Positions 1 to 12,555 of a stretch of 50,913 bases of DNA are shown here, piece by piece. The notes beneath the pieces are model-generated. The model saw only the letters and a program-made list of their open reading frames with translations. It searched no databases and was not told the origin of the DNA. The position numbers and the translations under genes are program-made. The stretch comes from Octopus sinensis (Eukaryota): positions 1 to 50,913 of the forward strand of contig NW_021834210.1 of assembly GCF_006345805.1 (NCBI RefSeq), given 5' to 3'. Within the stretch, counting starts at the first letter, position 1. The number at the start of each line of letters is the position of its first letter.

Positions 1-2280
1 AGAGAGAGAAAGGCGAGAAAAAACGAGACAAAAAGGAGAGAAGAAAAGGAGAGCAAAAATGGAGAGCAAGGAAGGAGGGCAAACTAGCAGAAAAAATAAA
101 GAGAAGAATGGAGAGCAAAAAAGGAGAGAAAAAAGGAGGGAAGGAAAGAGATGAGAAGATGGAGAGAAAAGGAGAGCAACGAAGGAGAGAAGATAGGAAA
201 GAAGAAGGGAGAGTAAGAAAGGATATCAAAAAAGACGAGAAAAGAGAACAACAAAAGGAGAGCAAAATGGAGAGCAAAACAAAGGAAGAAAATCGAGAGA
301 AAAGGAGAGCAACAACGGAGGGCAAAACAGGAGAGAAAAGGAGAGCAAAGAATGAGAGTAAAAAGAAGAGAAGAAAGGACAGAAAAAGGAGAGCAAAAAA
401 GGAATTCATGAAAGGAGAGCAAAAAGGGAGAGCAAGGAAGAAGAGAAGAAAGAGAGAAAAAAGGAAGGAAGGAAAGCAAAAAGCAGAAAAAATGAGAAAG
501 GGAAGGAGAAAGAAAGGGAAAGAAAGAAGGAGAGCAAGAATGGAGAGCAAGTAAGGGGAGAAAGAGGTGAGAAGAAAGGGAGTAAAAAATGGAGAGCAGG
601 GAAGGAGTGAAGAAAGGAGAGAAAAAAGAAAAGAAGAAAGGGAGAGAAAAAAGAACAGCAACAAAAGGAGATAAGAAACGAGAGAGAAAAGGAAGAGAAA
701 AAGGAGATCAAGAAAGGAGATAGGAAAGGAGAGAAGAAAGGGAAAGAAAAAGAGTGGAAAAGGGAGAAATCAAAGAAACCAGGAAACCAAAAAAAAAAAA
801 AGAAAAAAAAACAAAAAAAAAGAAAAACAGAAAAAAAGGAGAGCAGGAGAGCAAGAGCAAAAAGGAGAGCATGGAAAAAGAGCAATATAGGTGAGAAAAA
901 GAGCAAAAATGGAGGGTGAAAAGAGAGATGGAGAGAAAAGGAGAGCAACGAAGGAGAGAAGATAGGAAAGGAGAAGGGAGAGTAAGAGGGGACAGAAGAA
1001 GGAGAGAAAAAAACGGAGAAAAAAAGAGAGAAAGAGGAGAGCAAGATAGAAGAGCAAAAAGGAGAGCATAAAAGGAGACTAAAAAGGAGAGAAGAAAGGA
1101 GATAAAAGGAGGGAGAGAAAAGGAAACAAAAAAGGAGAGCAACGAAGGAGATCAATAAAGGAGAGTTAAAAGGAGAGAAGAAGGGAGAGCAACAGAAGGA
1201 GAGACAAAAATGATAGCAAAAAAGGAGAATAAGTAGAAAGGAGAGAAGAAAAGAGAGCAACAAAAGGAGACCAAAATAGTAAATTAGTAAAGAAAGGAAA
1301 GAAAGGGAGGTTAAAAAGGGAGAGCAAAACTTGGGAGAAAAAGGAGAAAAGGAAGGAGGGAAGAAAGGGAGAGAAAAACGAGAGAAGAAAGGAGAGTAGA
1401 AAGAGAATGAATAAAAGTAAAGCAAGAAAGGAAATCAAAAAAGGAGATAAAAAAGCAAAGAAAGGAGAGAAAAGGAGAGAAGAAAGAAAAGAAAGTAGAG
1501 AAAATGGAGAGCAAAAAGGAGAGAGAAAAACGGAGAGCAGGAAGGAGAGCAATAAAAGGAGAGAAGAAAGGAGAGCAACAAAATGAGCCCAAAAAAGGAA
1601 AGAAGGGTAAGTCAAAAAAGGAGAGCAAAGATGGAGAGAAAAAAGGAGAAAAGAAAAGAGAGCAATAAAGGAGAGCAACAATAGAAGAGCAAAAAAGGAG
1701 AGCAAGGAAGGAGAGATGAAAGGAGAGAAAAAAGAAGAGAAGAAAGGGAAACAAAAAAGGAGAGCAACAAATGGAGATAAGAAAGAAAAGGTGAGAAGAA
1801 AGGGAGATGAAAGGGAGAGAAAAATGAGCAAATAAGGAGAGTGATAAAGGAGAGAAAAAAGAAGAGAAAACAGGAGAGCAAAAAATGAGAGAGAAAAGGA
1901 GAGAATGGGAAAGCAAGAAAGGAGAGTAAAAATAGTGCAAAAACGGAGAGTAAAAATAGAGCAGAAAGGAGAGAAAAGAAGGGAGAGAAAAGGAGTTCGA
2001 GGAGAGCAAAAAAGGGAGAGCATAAAGGAGAGAAAAGTTGTGAGAAAAGGAGAGCAACAAAAGGAGAGATAAAAGGAGAGCAACAAAAGGAGAGTAAGGA
2101 AGGAGAGCATAAAATAAGAGAGAAAAGAAGAGATGAAAGGGAGAGAGAAAAAGGAGAGCAAAAAAGGAGTGCAAAATGAGAGAAGAAAGGGAGAGAAAAA
2201 GGATAGCAAAAGGGAGAGCAAGGAACGAGAGCAAAAAAGGAGAGAATAAGAGAAGAAGGGATAGAAAAAAGGGGAGACAA
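1..2280 (+). repeat. Purine-rich degenerate satellite/low-complexity tract built on the motif AAAAGGAGAG(CAA)
   Basis: The + strand is almost entirely A/G. GGAGAGCAA and AAAAGGAGAGAA recur dozens of times with variable spacing. The tract runs off the left edge of the window. Confidence 0.9.
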
Positions 2281-2349
2281 GATGAAACCAGCAAAAATTA
2301 CTAGTATCATCATGTATCTGTCTTCTCTCCATGTTGCTATATGAACACT

Positions 2350-2414
2350 TAAGGCAGTTTTAGAGTCGGATCATGGCTGCTATTTTCAGCATGGTGGTGT
2401 CTCGTAGATACCCT
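2350..2414 (+). mobile_element. Fragment of the interspersed repeat also present at 50137-50205 and 50628-50695
   Basis: The reverse complement AGGGTATCTACGAGACACCACCATGCTGAAAATAGCAGCC matches AGGGTATCTAAGAGACACCACCATACTGAAATAGCAGTC at 50137. Confidence 0.7.
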
Positions 2415-2461
2415 AATTTATAATTTTAATATACATATATATATGATATACATAAACTCCA

Positions 2462-2765
2462 GGCGTAGGAATAGCTGTGTGGTAAGAAGCTTGCTTCCAA
2501 GCCACATGGTTCTGGGTTCACTCCCACTGCGTGGCACCTTGGGCAAGTGTCTTCTACTATAGCGTCGGGCCGACCAAAGCCTTGTGAGTACCGATGCTGG
2601 TGTGTTTACGTCCCCGTAACTTAGCGGTTCGGTAAAAGAGACCGATAGAATAAGTACTAGGCTTACAAAGAATAAGTCCTGGGATCGATTTGCTCGACTA
2701 AAGGCGGTGCTCCAGCATGGCCGCAGTCAAATGACTGAAAAAAAGAGTAAAAGAGTAAAAGAATA
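2462..2765 (+). mobile_element. tRNA-derived SINE, family A (internally deleted copy)
   Basis: Head GGCGTAGGAATAGCTGTGTGGTAAG...GGGTTCACTCCC has A/B-box-like motifs; tail ATGACTGAAA...AAGAGTAAAAGAGTAAAA. Compared with the copy at 3401 the middle is deleted at ~2589/2590. Confidence 0.85.
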
Positions 2766-2767
2766 TA

Positions 2768-2806
<39 letters not shown>

Positions 2807-2825
2807 AATATATATATATATATAT

Positions 2826-3382
2826 AATTTGTTGCACCACGCATTTTTGCTAATACATACGCGGTTTGAGCTACACATTAGCGTCGTATTTTTACGTTCG
2901 CTATTTCCAGTAAATATCGGTACTTAGTTGTGCCCATTATTTACTATTTGTGTATTTTTTCCTCACGGGCTACTTTTTACTGGAAGGCAATACTTTGTAT
3001 TGCATTACTGATATTTTGAAACTTCTTCACCCGTTTCTCGTACCGTTAGCGTTCCGCTTTCAGTCGAGTGTGTTAGTATTAATGTGGTAACCGTAGTTTT
3101 CGTCTTGGTATATGTTTGGCTGATGAGGTAAAACAAAATATGGGTGAGAGACATATCTGTAAAACCTGAAACCTGCAGGTACCACATTATCCTTTTCCGG
3201 TGTTTCATCTTTCAGATGTTTCCCTGGAGGTAAGACGGTTTTTTTTTTTCCTCTAATTTGTTGCACACACACGCATTTTTGCTAATACATACGCGGTGAA
3301 GCTACACATTAGCGTCGTATTTTTACGTTCGCTATTTCCAGTAAATATCGGTACTTAGTTGTGCCATTTATTTACTAATTTG
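2826..3382 (+). mobile_element. Hammerhead-containing partial tandem element (~429-bp unit, ~1.3 copies), Penelope pLTR/retrozyme-like
   Basis: 2826-2950 is directly repeated at 3255-3382. A hammerhead lies in the unique part. (TA)n flanks both ends. Confidence 0.7.
3117..3184 (+). ncRNA. Type I hammerhead ribozyme motif
   Basis: TGG-CTGATGA(3120-3126)-GGT..long hairpin..ACC-T-GAAA(3168-3171)-CCTGCAGG-T-A-CCA. Helix III ACCTGCAGGT is palindromic; predicted GUA cleavage triplet. Confidence 0.7.
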
Positions 3383-3400
3383 TATATATATATATATATA

Positions 3401-3790
3401 GGCGCAGGAGTGGCTGTGTGGTAAGTAGCTTGCTAACCAACCACATGGTTCTGCGTGGCATCTTGGGCAAGTGTCTTCTGCTATAGCCCCGGGCCGATCA
3501 ATGCCTTGTGAGTGGATTTGGTAGACGGAAACTGAAAGAAGCCTGTCGTATATACGTATATATATATAAGTGTGTGTGTATATGTTTGTCTGTGTTTGTC
3601 CCCCTAGCATTGCTTGACAACCGATGCTGGTGTGTTTACGTCCCCGTTACTTAGCGGTTCGGCAAAAGAGACCGATAGAATAAGTACTGGGCTTACAAAG
3701 AATAAGTCCCGGGGTCCATTTGCTCGACTAAAGGCGGTGCTCCAGCATGACCGCCGTCAAATGCCTGAAACAAGTAAAAGAGTAAAGAGT
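3401..3790 (+). mobile_element. tRNA-derived SINE, family A (near full length)
   Basis: GGCGCAGGAGTGGCTGTGTGGTAAGTAGCTTGC head, internal TA/TG microsatellite, tail CAAGTAAAAGAGTAAAGAGT. More than 10 homologous copies occur in the window. Confidence 0.9.
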
Positions 3791-4393
3791 ATATATGCAT
3801 ACCTACATACATATATGCGTACACTAAATAAGGACGAATATATTAGTGGTAGGTGGATGCTTGTATGGATGAACAGGTATTTAATGTATGTGCTATAGAT
3901 GTAAACGAAACTTGATCTCTCTACCTGTAATAATGTATGTACGCGTGCGTTTTTTCCATTAACGCATGCGTATAAGCCTCCGACCGCGTATGTGTGTCCG
4001 TGTGTATATTTGCTTTTAGGCATTTAGGAATATAGACCGAACGTATAAGACGTATGCTTATCGATGTGTCCCTTCGTCTTAGGATTGTCTGCGTTAAAAG
4101 GAGACGAGAAAAAAGCAACAGTAGCAACATTAGTAGATAAAAAACAACAACAACTATTAATAACAAAAACAATAACAATAACAAAGAATGAAGACAAAAG
4201 AAAGCGTCTTCATTTTGCTTTTCTTTTTGTTTGATTCACTCTTTTAGTGCAGCCATTGTTTTCTTTACAGCTGTTGATTTTTCGTTTGGTTACTTTCTGT
4301 CCGGCCTTTGTCTAGCTTTTATTTGGTTTTCCTTTTAAGTTTTGTTCGTTGGTTTTTGTTAATGTTTTTTTTTATCTGTTTTCTCTCTTTCTT

Positions 4394-4439
<46 letters not shown>

Positions 4440-4599
4440 TTCTTTTTCTTTTTTGGTTTTTGGTTTGGTTTGTTTTTTGTGGGGTTGGACGAGGTTTCGA
4501 TTTTTTTTTTTTTTTCATAGTCTCTCTCTCCTTGTTCAGAATGTGTTATCATGTTTTAAAGCGAAGACTGAAAGCTCTCTGATTATTGGTTGAGTGGGA

Positions 4600-4887
4600 G
4601 AAAGAAGAAAAACGAAGAAGAAAGAAAGAAGAAGAAGAAAGAAGAAGAAGAAGAAGAAGAAGAAGAAGAAAGAAGAAGAAGAAGAAGAAGAAGAAGAAGA
4701 AGAAAGAAGAAGGAGGAGGAGAAGAGAAAGAAAGAAAGAAAGAAGAAAGAAGAAGAAAAAAAGAAAGAAAGAGAAAGAAGAAGAAAGAAGAAGAAAGAAG
4801 AAAAGAAGAAGAAAGAAGAAGAGAAAGAAGAAGAAGAAGAAGAAGAAGAAGAAGAAAGAAAGAAAGAAGAAGAAGAAGAAGAAGAAG

Positions 4888-4919
<32 letters not shown>

Positions 4920-4948
4920 GAAGAAGAAAGAAGAAGAAGAAGAAAGAA
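4600..4948 (+). repeat. (GAA)n imperfect microsatellite
   Basis: About 350 bp of GAA/GAAA repeats. Confidence 0.95.
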
Positions 4949-5175
4949 GGCGGGTGGGTTTCTTCCTATCCAGACACGCACATCTATAAACATTAAGCAC
5001 TGAGTGACACTCGACTCCGACCGTTCTTCGTTCATATCCACTTCCTTTTGTTTTCTTGGATTAGTTGAGTTCTTTCCTCTTTTTTTCCATTCAAATATTG
5101 CATGACATCGCCATTTGCGTTTGCGCCCGTTTCTATTACCGCACGCGGCCTCTGTGCGCATGTGCGTGTACACAC
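4949..5175. promoter_or_regulatory. Possible promoter-like, CpG-retaining unique segment
   Basis: Locally CpG-rich and not repeated elsewhere in the window. Contains CGCCATTTG (YY1-like), TGCGCATGTGCG (NRF1-like) and GGCGGGTGGG (GC-box-like). Motif evidence only. Confidence 0.25.
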
Positions 5176-5177
5176 TT

Positions 5178-5395
<218 letters not shown>

Positions 5396-5779
5396 CGTAT
5401 CTGTGTGGTAAATAAAGATCCCAACCACATAAACCTTTCGTGCAATCAATTTAAATACGTTCAGGTGACTTCAGCCATCGGTGGTGGTATGGTTAAATAA
5501 CAGCAAATGTTGTTATAGGTTGTTTTTCATTTTTTTTTTTTGCTTTAATTTTTCTTCTTTGTTTTCCTTATCACATCATTTCATCTATTTACGTTGTTTA
5601 TAAACATCAAACGGTGTCATCTCCTGGGCGCTGCGTATAAAAATACAAAGAAAGAACAAATATTGTTGACAGGTTGAGAAGAAGTCCAAAATGTCATATT
5701 ACAAGATGGAAATACAGCATAAAACTTAATCCGTTACTCCACCGATTCTTCTAGTCCTCCATTCTCTTCCACTACAGAT

Positions 5780-5995
5780 TATTAACTACCAGTACCACTC
5801 CATGTTCTTAACTAGTCGATATTTCTCCATGTTATAAACCAATCAATGTGTCTCCATGTTTGAAGTAATCAATATGTCCCCAGGTTATTAGCTGGGCAAT
5901 TTCTTTCCGTGTTATTAACTTAAAACTTAGCAAATATCTCGTGGTATTAAGTGAATTAGTTAACATCCTTTCATGTTTATTAACTAGACTATCTC
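5780..5995 (+). repeat. Degenerate ~27-bp minisatellite
   Basis: A CTCCATGTT-like core recurs about every 27 bp (unit approx. AACTAGTCGATATTTCTCCATGTTAT). Confidence 0.55.
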
Positions 5996-6005
5996 AGTCC
6001 TTTAA

Positions 6006-6419
6006 GGCGGCGAGCTGGCAGAATCGTTAGTACGCCGGGCGAAATGCTAAGCGGTATTTCGTTTGCCGCTGCGTTCTGAGTTCAAATTCCGCCGAGGTCG
6101 ACTTTGCCTTTCATCCTTTCGGGGTCGATTAAATAAGTACCAGTTACGCACTGGGGTCGATACAATCGACTTAATCCGTTTGTCTGTCCTTGTTTTCTCT
6201 CTCTGTGTTTAGCCCCTTGGGGGCAGTAAAGAAATAGGTATTTCGTCTGCCGGTACGTTCTGAGTTCAAATTCTGCCGAGGTCCAGTTTGCCTTTCATCC
6301 TTTCGGGGTCGATAAATTAAGTACCAGTTACGCACTTGGGTCGATATAATCGACATAATCCCTTTGTCTGTCCTTATTTGTCCCCTCTATGTTTAGCCCC
6401 TTGTGGGCAATAAAGAAAT
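6006..6419 (+). mobile_element. tRNA-derived SINE, family B, dimer (head + 2 bodies)
   Basis: Head GGCGGCGAGCTGGCAGAATCG...GAGTTCAAATTCC, central GTCGACTTTGCCTTTCATCCTTTCGGGGTCGAT..AAGTACCAG, tail TTTAGCCCCTTGTGGGCAATAAAGAAAT. The second body restarts at GGTATTTCGTC (6237). Confidence 0.9.
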
Positions 6420-7187
6420 GTTCTCAACAAAAATTTCGCAAAACAACCAAAACGTAATCGAGCAAGACAAAAGAAAAAACAATAAAAATATGAATTATTA
6501 GCATACATGTTTCACTATTACCATATTACGTAAGTTTACTTACATAAATGTCCCTAGATCATCTCTTAGTGGTAAGACCATAGCGGATCTATTCCTAGCA
6601 TAAGGGTGTCCACATAGTGGTTTCCCTCTAATATGTATATAATACAATTTTACTGAACCTTCAGTTTTTTTATATGCTAGACCACTGGTGTGAAATCGAT
6701 GTTAATTAAATCAATATCTAATTTCTCACCCTCATTTTAAATTTAAATTTAAATTTAAATTAATACTTTCTCTAACCGGCAAAGGCCGCTGCAGTAAAGT
6801 AGTATCTGCAGCATCAGTTTTTCCGGTAATTTAGCGCGCCAAAACGAGGACATTTGAAATAGTAGCCACGAGTGTAATGGGTAGGACTGTTTTACAAGTC
6901 TGACTTTGTGCGAACGTCCTAGTATGCAGTCCTACAAATTATATTCATCTGTACGGTCGCACCGATGATCTACGGGAATTTATGTAAGTAAACTTACGTA
7001 ATATGTTAATAGTGAAACATGGATGCAAATAATCCATATTTGTATTGCTTTTTCTTTTGTCTTGCTCGATTACGTTTTGGTTGTTTTGCTAAATTTTTCT
7101 TGAGAACATTTCTTATTGGTAAGACTATAGCGGATCTATTTCTATCATAAGGGTGTCCACGTAGTGGTTTCCCTCTAATATGTATAT

Positions 7188-7190
<3 letters not shown>
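6408..7190 (+). mobile_element. Penelope-like remnant with inverted plus direct terminal repeats
   Basis: 6408-6562 is the inverted copy of 6964-7117. 6562-6640 is directly repeated at 7110-7190. The element ends in (TA)n. A degenerate hammerhead-like CCGATGA...GTAAAC-TTACGTAA lies near 6962-7001. Confidence 0.55.
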
Positions 7191-7236
<46 letters not shown>

Positions 7237-8399
7237 TGTATATATATATATTTGTATATATATATTTGTCCAGGATCACGCCGGACGCAGAGGAGGAAAG
7301 AAAATAGTAATTCAGTGAAGGAGAAGTAGTGAGAGTAATAGCCCTGCCTGAGAGGGAGTGAGAAGAAGTCATAGCAATAACATAGAGGAAGGGGTGATAG
7401 AGGAATAAAGAAGGAGGGGGTGAAAAAACACAAATCAGCGGTTTAATTCTGTATGAATATATGTATGTAGGTGTGTGCGAGTACAAGGGAAGTATGCGAA
7501 TGTTTGTATGTGTGAGTATTATGTACCTTATTTATATATAAAATACTACAATTAGCCGTCATATTTGACGTCACGTGGTCGCAGGAAGGAATTGCAAGAT
7601 AGATTCTTTAAACCGAGCCAATCGATAAGAGACTTAGGGGAAACCCGTGAGTGAATTGGATAGATAATATCTATAGTCTGAGATGGTCACGGTTGGGAAT
7701 CTAGTCAGAAAATGTAATGACGATAGAACCTTATGGAGGTGGGCAGAGGACTCTACCTCACAACTCCCTCCCCTCCTGGAATAATTGGCAGTGAAACAGA
7801 TGGAAATGAATAAGAAGTTACTAAAAATAAACGACAAGCGGAATATTTCAAAAATATACTGACAGGGGTATATTTTTTATATATTTTCCAATTATACGCT
7901 GAACTTCATCCGTGAATAATATTGTAACATTCTCAGGAATTTTCCAAAATAATTGCAATAAATAAATTTCTCCTTAAATAATTATCTACTCAAGTTAGCA
8001 ATGTTTCAATTATCTTTCAAATATATTCCACTGACGAAATATTTTATCATTTAATACATTCCAAACTTCGATTAATATCTCTTCAAATTCATATAACTTG
8101 TCGCAGCTAATTTTCTCTTCCCTAGAATGTACCACATGACATTAGCTGCTCCAACCTACGCCTATCATACAATAGATCGGCCTATCGTTGTAATTTCGGT
8201 ATTCAAAGAGGACAGTAAATTAATATTTAATCGCTTTAACTCTTATCTTTGATCAATCAGATTAATAAGCATTAGTCGCATTCAACCTCCATCCTCCTTT
8301 CCATCATCCGTATTCTAGTTCGTTATACATTAATCTCCTTCCCATTGTTCCTGCATCTCTCGTCCTGCATCAAGATAATACATCTCAGTTAACCCTTCT

Positions 8400-10240
8400 A
8401 TAGAGTTATTACCATTAGAGATATCAATGTCCACAGCACATGGCACTCTTCAATTAAACACTGTTGGTATGTAAGTGCAAACTTTTGCGGTTTTGAACCC
8501 TCTAATCTCGCCCATTGCACAGACAAGCCAAAAAACCGTGGCTGAACTCCAAGTATATCACAAGCAACATTGGTGAAGAACATGACCTATAGCAACGAGA
8601 AAATACCGTCTGCCTCAACATACTGAAGAATATGACCTACAACAACCAGAAACTACTAAATACCAACCATCCTTACATATTTAGTAGGTTTACACACGAT
8701 CACAATTTCTGAAATTACAGTCGAAAATCATGCATTCGTACATTGCACATCCTACATCTCTTCCAACTCACTTTTTGTGCTTTACCAGGAAGATTTCTGC
8801 CAGCTTGTATGAAATCTCTTGCCTCCACTCTTCAACCGAGATATACTCTCAGCAGTATTCCAAGAAAGGAGGGTTTTATATTTGCTGCCCGCTTTGCCAC
8901 CAACTCTATATTGCTCGGAGAAACCTCTCCGCTTCAGAAGTCTTACCATTACGAGCATATACGTACCGAATGCAAATCACTAGTCTGTTCGAAGATGCCC
9001 AAGAAGGCTAACATCAGCCAACTATCGATCTATCTCTCACACTTCCAACATCTCAAAGTTAATGGAAATAGTTGGTTATTATAATCCACCTTCCTCAACA
9101 TCCCTTGAATGTCTTGCTCTCTCCAGTTCTTTATTGAACGACTTATGCTGAGGATCTGCCCATCTGTGTCACACAAAGTGACTCCCCATCATTGACAAAC
9201 TCAGTTGAAATAATTTCGCTTCTCTTAGCTGAATCTATCTCTCACGGGAATCTCCAGTGCAAGTTGCCAATTTATAGATTCTATTTGTTTGTTGCCACTT
9301 TCAATATCAGATGATACCCTCACAATGCACATGGATGGGGCCCTTCCGAAGTAACAATCTGTCAACTCCGATGTACTTTAAGTTCTTCACGTTGCCGGCA
9401 CTCTCTTTGCTTCTACTTTATCTATCTTCATATTGTTGCCTCTAACAAGGAGCAGATGATATTAATCTTCGTTTCTCCCTCTACTTATGACCACAAGTGT
9501 CATGCAAATGCCACCAAGATGTCATACAACATGCTGCACTCCAGGTAAATAGACTTCGAAAACAATCACCAATGGAGCTCTACCAATCTTGTAACCTTCA
9601 ACACTACAAAAGCACAATCACTGTACATATCAAGGAAAGGTTTTTTTCTACTTTTTTAAATCTTAGACATCCAGAAGCTAAAATCTCAAAGCCATGTTGG
9701 ACTTACCATCACCGATCATCCCTCCTTGTCATCTCTCACTTATAACAGAAAAAACTGCATCCCTAAGACTAACCTTCAACTTTAGGTCCAGAAAATACTT
9801 TAAAACCTTCTTCACTATAAAATCCAAGTTTGTCACGCAAAGCGACATCTCAGGCTGATGTCCAAATGCTCACACATTAATACACTTCCAATTCTAGCCC
9901 ACAGATTCGCTTTACATTCACAATGTCTCACTATCTAGCAGTCTTATAACAGCCTGTATATCTCGGAGTTGGAGTTAATTAATCTCGTATCACCTCTACC
10001 TATGTTCACCAAATATACTTGCCTCGTTTCCTTTTTGTCTCCAGTTTTCTGAGGGAAAAACACAGAATGGTTGATGAATAGAGGGGATACATGCTTACTG
10101 CTCCTGTCGTGTTTCTTCTTCCAGGCTCTGAACTAAATTACCAAACAGGGCAACACTCTGGAATCACTTTTCTGTCTGCAATGGTCTTTCAGGGATCGAT
10201 TTCAAGATGTTTAAGCTGAAAGTCAAAGGCATCCAACTTT
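8400..10240 (+). mobile_element. Highly decayed CR1/L2-like LINE ORF2 remnant
   Basis: Scattered translated motifs occur in LINE order on +: FAARFATNS, GADD (~9449), FRSRKYF, YKIQV, LAHR, TKLP, FKMFKLKV. Many stops; boundaries approximate. Confidence 0.4.
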
Positions 10241-10419
10241 CCCAATGTCAGAGAGGTAATGTAAACAACCGCATTTTTCTCGATTCGCCATAAAGAAATG
10301 AAAACTTTAAAGCATTATAAACAGGCGATATTATAATTTTGAAAATATATTTATCGCATTTGATGATTCTGTGAGAAACAGTTAAAGGTGTTTATATATT
10401 CAGTATATGAAACATTATG

Positions 10420-10750
10420 GGAAGACGCGTAGCTTAGTGGTTAAGGCTTTCGGCTCATGATTGTAAGGTCGTGAGTTCAATTCCCGGCGACTCGTTGTGT
10501 CCTTGAGCAAGACACTTTATTTCACATTGCTCCAGTCCATTCGGCTGACAAAAATAAGTAGTACCTGTATTTCAAAAGAGCCAGCCTTGTCACATTCTGT
10601 GTCAAGCTGAATCTCTCTGAGAACAACGTTAAGGGTATACGTGTACGTGTCTATGGAGTGCTCAACCATTTGCACGTTAGTTTCACGAGTAAGCTATTCC
10701 GTTGATCGGGTCAACAGGAATCCTTGTCATCGTAACCGACGGAGGGCCAG
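10420..10750 (+). mobile_element. tRNA-derived SINE, family C (CORE-like central domain)
   Basis: TAGCTTAGTGG A box, GAGTTCAATTCC B box, then TTGTGTCCTTGAGCAAGACACTT. Homologous to 39803-40123. Confidence 0.85.
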
Positions 10751-10794
10751 TATGAATCATTGAGAAGGTATGACATAGCTTGAAACATTAAGAA

Positions 10795-11180
10795 GGCACA
10801 AGTATGGTTGTTTGATTAAGAAGTTCGCTTTGCAGCCACGTAGTTCCAGGTTCAATGCCACTGCGTGGCACTTTCAGCTTGCATCTATTATAGCTCCGGA
10901 CTGACAAAAGCCTTGTGAAAAAAAGTTGATGGACGGAAGCTGTGTGGATGTCCGTTGTATATTTGTGTGTATGTGTATCTTTGCACCTGTCTTTGTCTCC
11001 TTGTATCGCTTGAGAACCTAGGTTGGTTTGTTTAAGACCCTGTAACTTAGCAGTCTGTTAAAAGAAACCAATATAATAAGTAACAGGCTTCCAAAAAACA
11101 CACAAGTCAATTTCTTCGTCAAAAGCCCTACAAGGTAGTGTCCTAGAATGATCGCAGTCCAGTGACTGAAACAAGATAAG
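10795..11180 (+). mobile_element. SINE-A, old diverged copy
   Basis: Colinear with 3401-3790 (CCACTGCGTGGCAC...GCAGTCCAGTGACTGAAACAAG). Confidence 0.75.
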
Positions 11181-11374
11181 AATAACCACATGAAAAGAAA
11201 TATGAAGTCTATCGAAATGTGATAGTGAGATGAATGACGATGGTTGAAGATAGATCAATCCGTGATCTACAGGGACATACACATAAACACAGCCATTTCT
11301 GCATGCACAACATTCGAGTTTCTAAAGTTCAGCAGATATGGAAGATAAAGTTTTATAACATCTCACGCCAACAA

Positions 11375-11590
11375 GGAGGCGAGCTGGCAGAATCGTTAGC
11401 ACGCCGGGCGAAATGCTTAGCAATATTTCGTCTGCCGCTATGTTCTGAGTTCAAATTCCGCCAAGGTCGACTTTGCCTTTCATCCTATTGGGATCGATAA
11501 ATTAAGTACCAGTTGCGTACTGTGGTCGATATAATCAACTGCCCCCCCTCTGCCATAATTTTGGGCCTTGTTCCTAGAGTAGGAAAGAAT
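11375..11590 (+). mobile_element. SINE-B head/core with an alternative 3' tail
   Basis: Same head and core as 6006, but the tail is TTTTGGGCCTTGTTCCTAGAGTAGGAAAGAAT. Approximate TSD ACATCTCACGCCAACAA / ATATCTCACATCAAGAA. Confidence 0.8.
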
Positions 11591-12361
11591 ATCTCACATC
11601 AAGAACGGAGACTCCATACGGTTGTCAAGCACATAGAACAGGTCCCTTTCACTGATGTGAGACACCACTTACAGGGTCTACTGACTAGCGTTCTATTTTA
11701 TGTCCTTTACTTCGGGTTCATCAGCGCTATTCGAATTGTGAAGCCATGTAGGTTTTCTTTAGTTCCCTTCGTATCTGACCCCTTTGCCTGTCTTGTGTAT
11801 CACATGTGGCACACAGCACATATTTCCCTGGTGTCCATGCATCATATATGATACACATGTTCATGATCTTTAACCACCGGAATGAGTTAAAACTTACGAA
11901 AGGAAAGCTTTATGTTACTCGGAAAACAAGCGTGAATGTTCAGCACAAACTTATGAAAATGCTTTTGGGCAGACAAAGGGTTAAGAATCAATCATATTGT
12001 GATGTTCCCAGAACAAAGTGTTACAGGGATGGTCTTCACTTTGATGCTTTTAATCGTAGTTGTGTTTGATCAGGGACAGCGTCGGATGAAACAAAGACAC
12101 GATTCTTGAAAGAAAAGAGATCAAAATTAAGGAAAATGTCAAACAATGATTGAAGACTTTAAATCTTATTTCAATGAGAGAATTTCTTTATTTCGAAATT
12201 AATTCACAGCAATCTTTGTTTCTGCTAAGCATTTAATCTCATTATCGCTCATTCTCTATCTTTCTCTTACATCCGCCCCCTTCACTCTCTTCTTTCACTC
12301 TCTCCTCTTCTTCTCCATCTCTCTCTCTCTCTCTTTCTCTCTGTATACGCATATACACACC

Positions 12362-12372
12362 TATAGATAGAT

Positions 12373-12459
<87 letters not shown>

Positions 12460-12469
12460 GGTAGGTAGG

Positions 12470-12555
<86 letters not shown>
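12362..12555 (+). repeat. (GATA)n/(GACA)n microsatellite at the 3' flank of LINE copy 1
   Basis: Direct reading of the sequence. Confidence 0.95.

Noticed and set aside
84-2332. Long overlapping F/S/L-rich and K/E/R-rich ORFs
   Set aside because: Artefacts of the polypurine tract; open in several frames at once with no domain signature.
7267-7864. Possible solo LTR (TGTC...GACA termini, internal AATAAA)
   Set aside because: No TSD, no second copy and no PBS/PPT support; the 4-bp termini could be chance.
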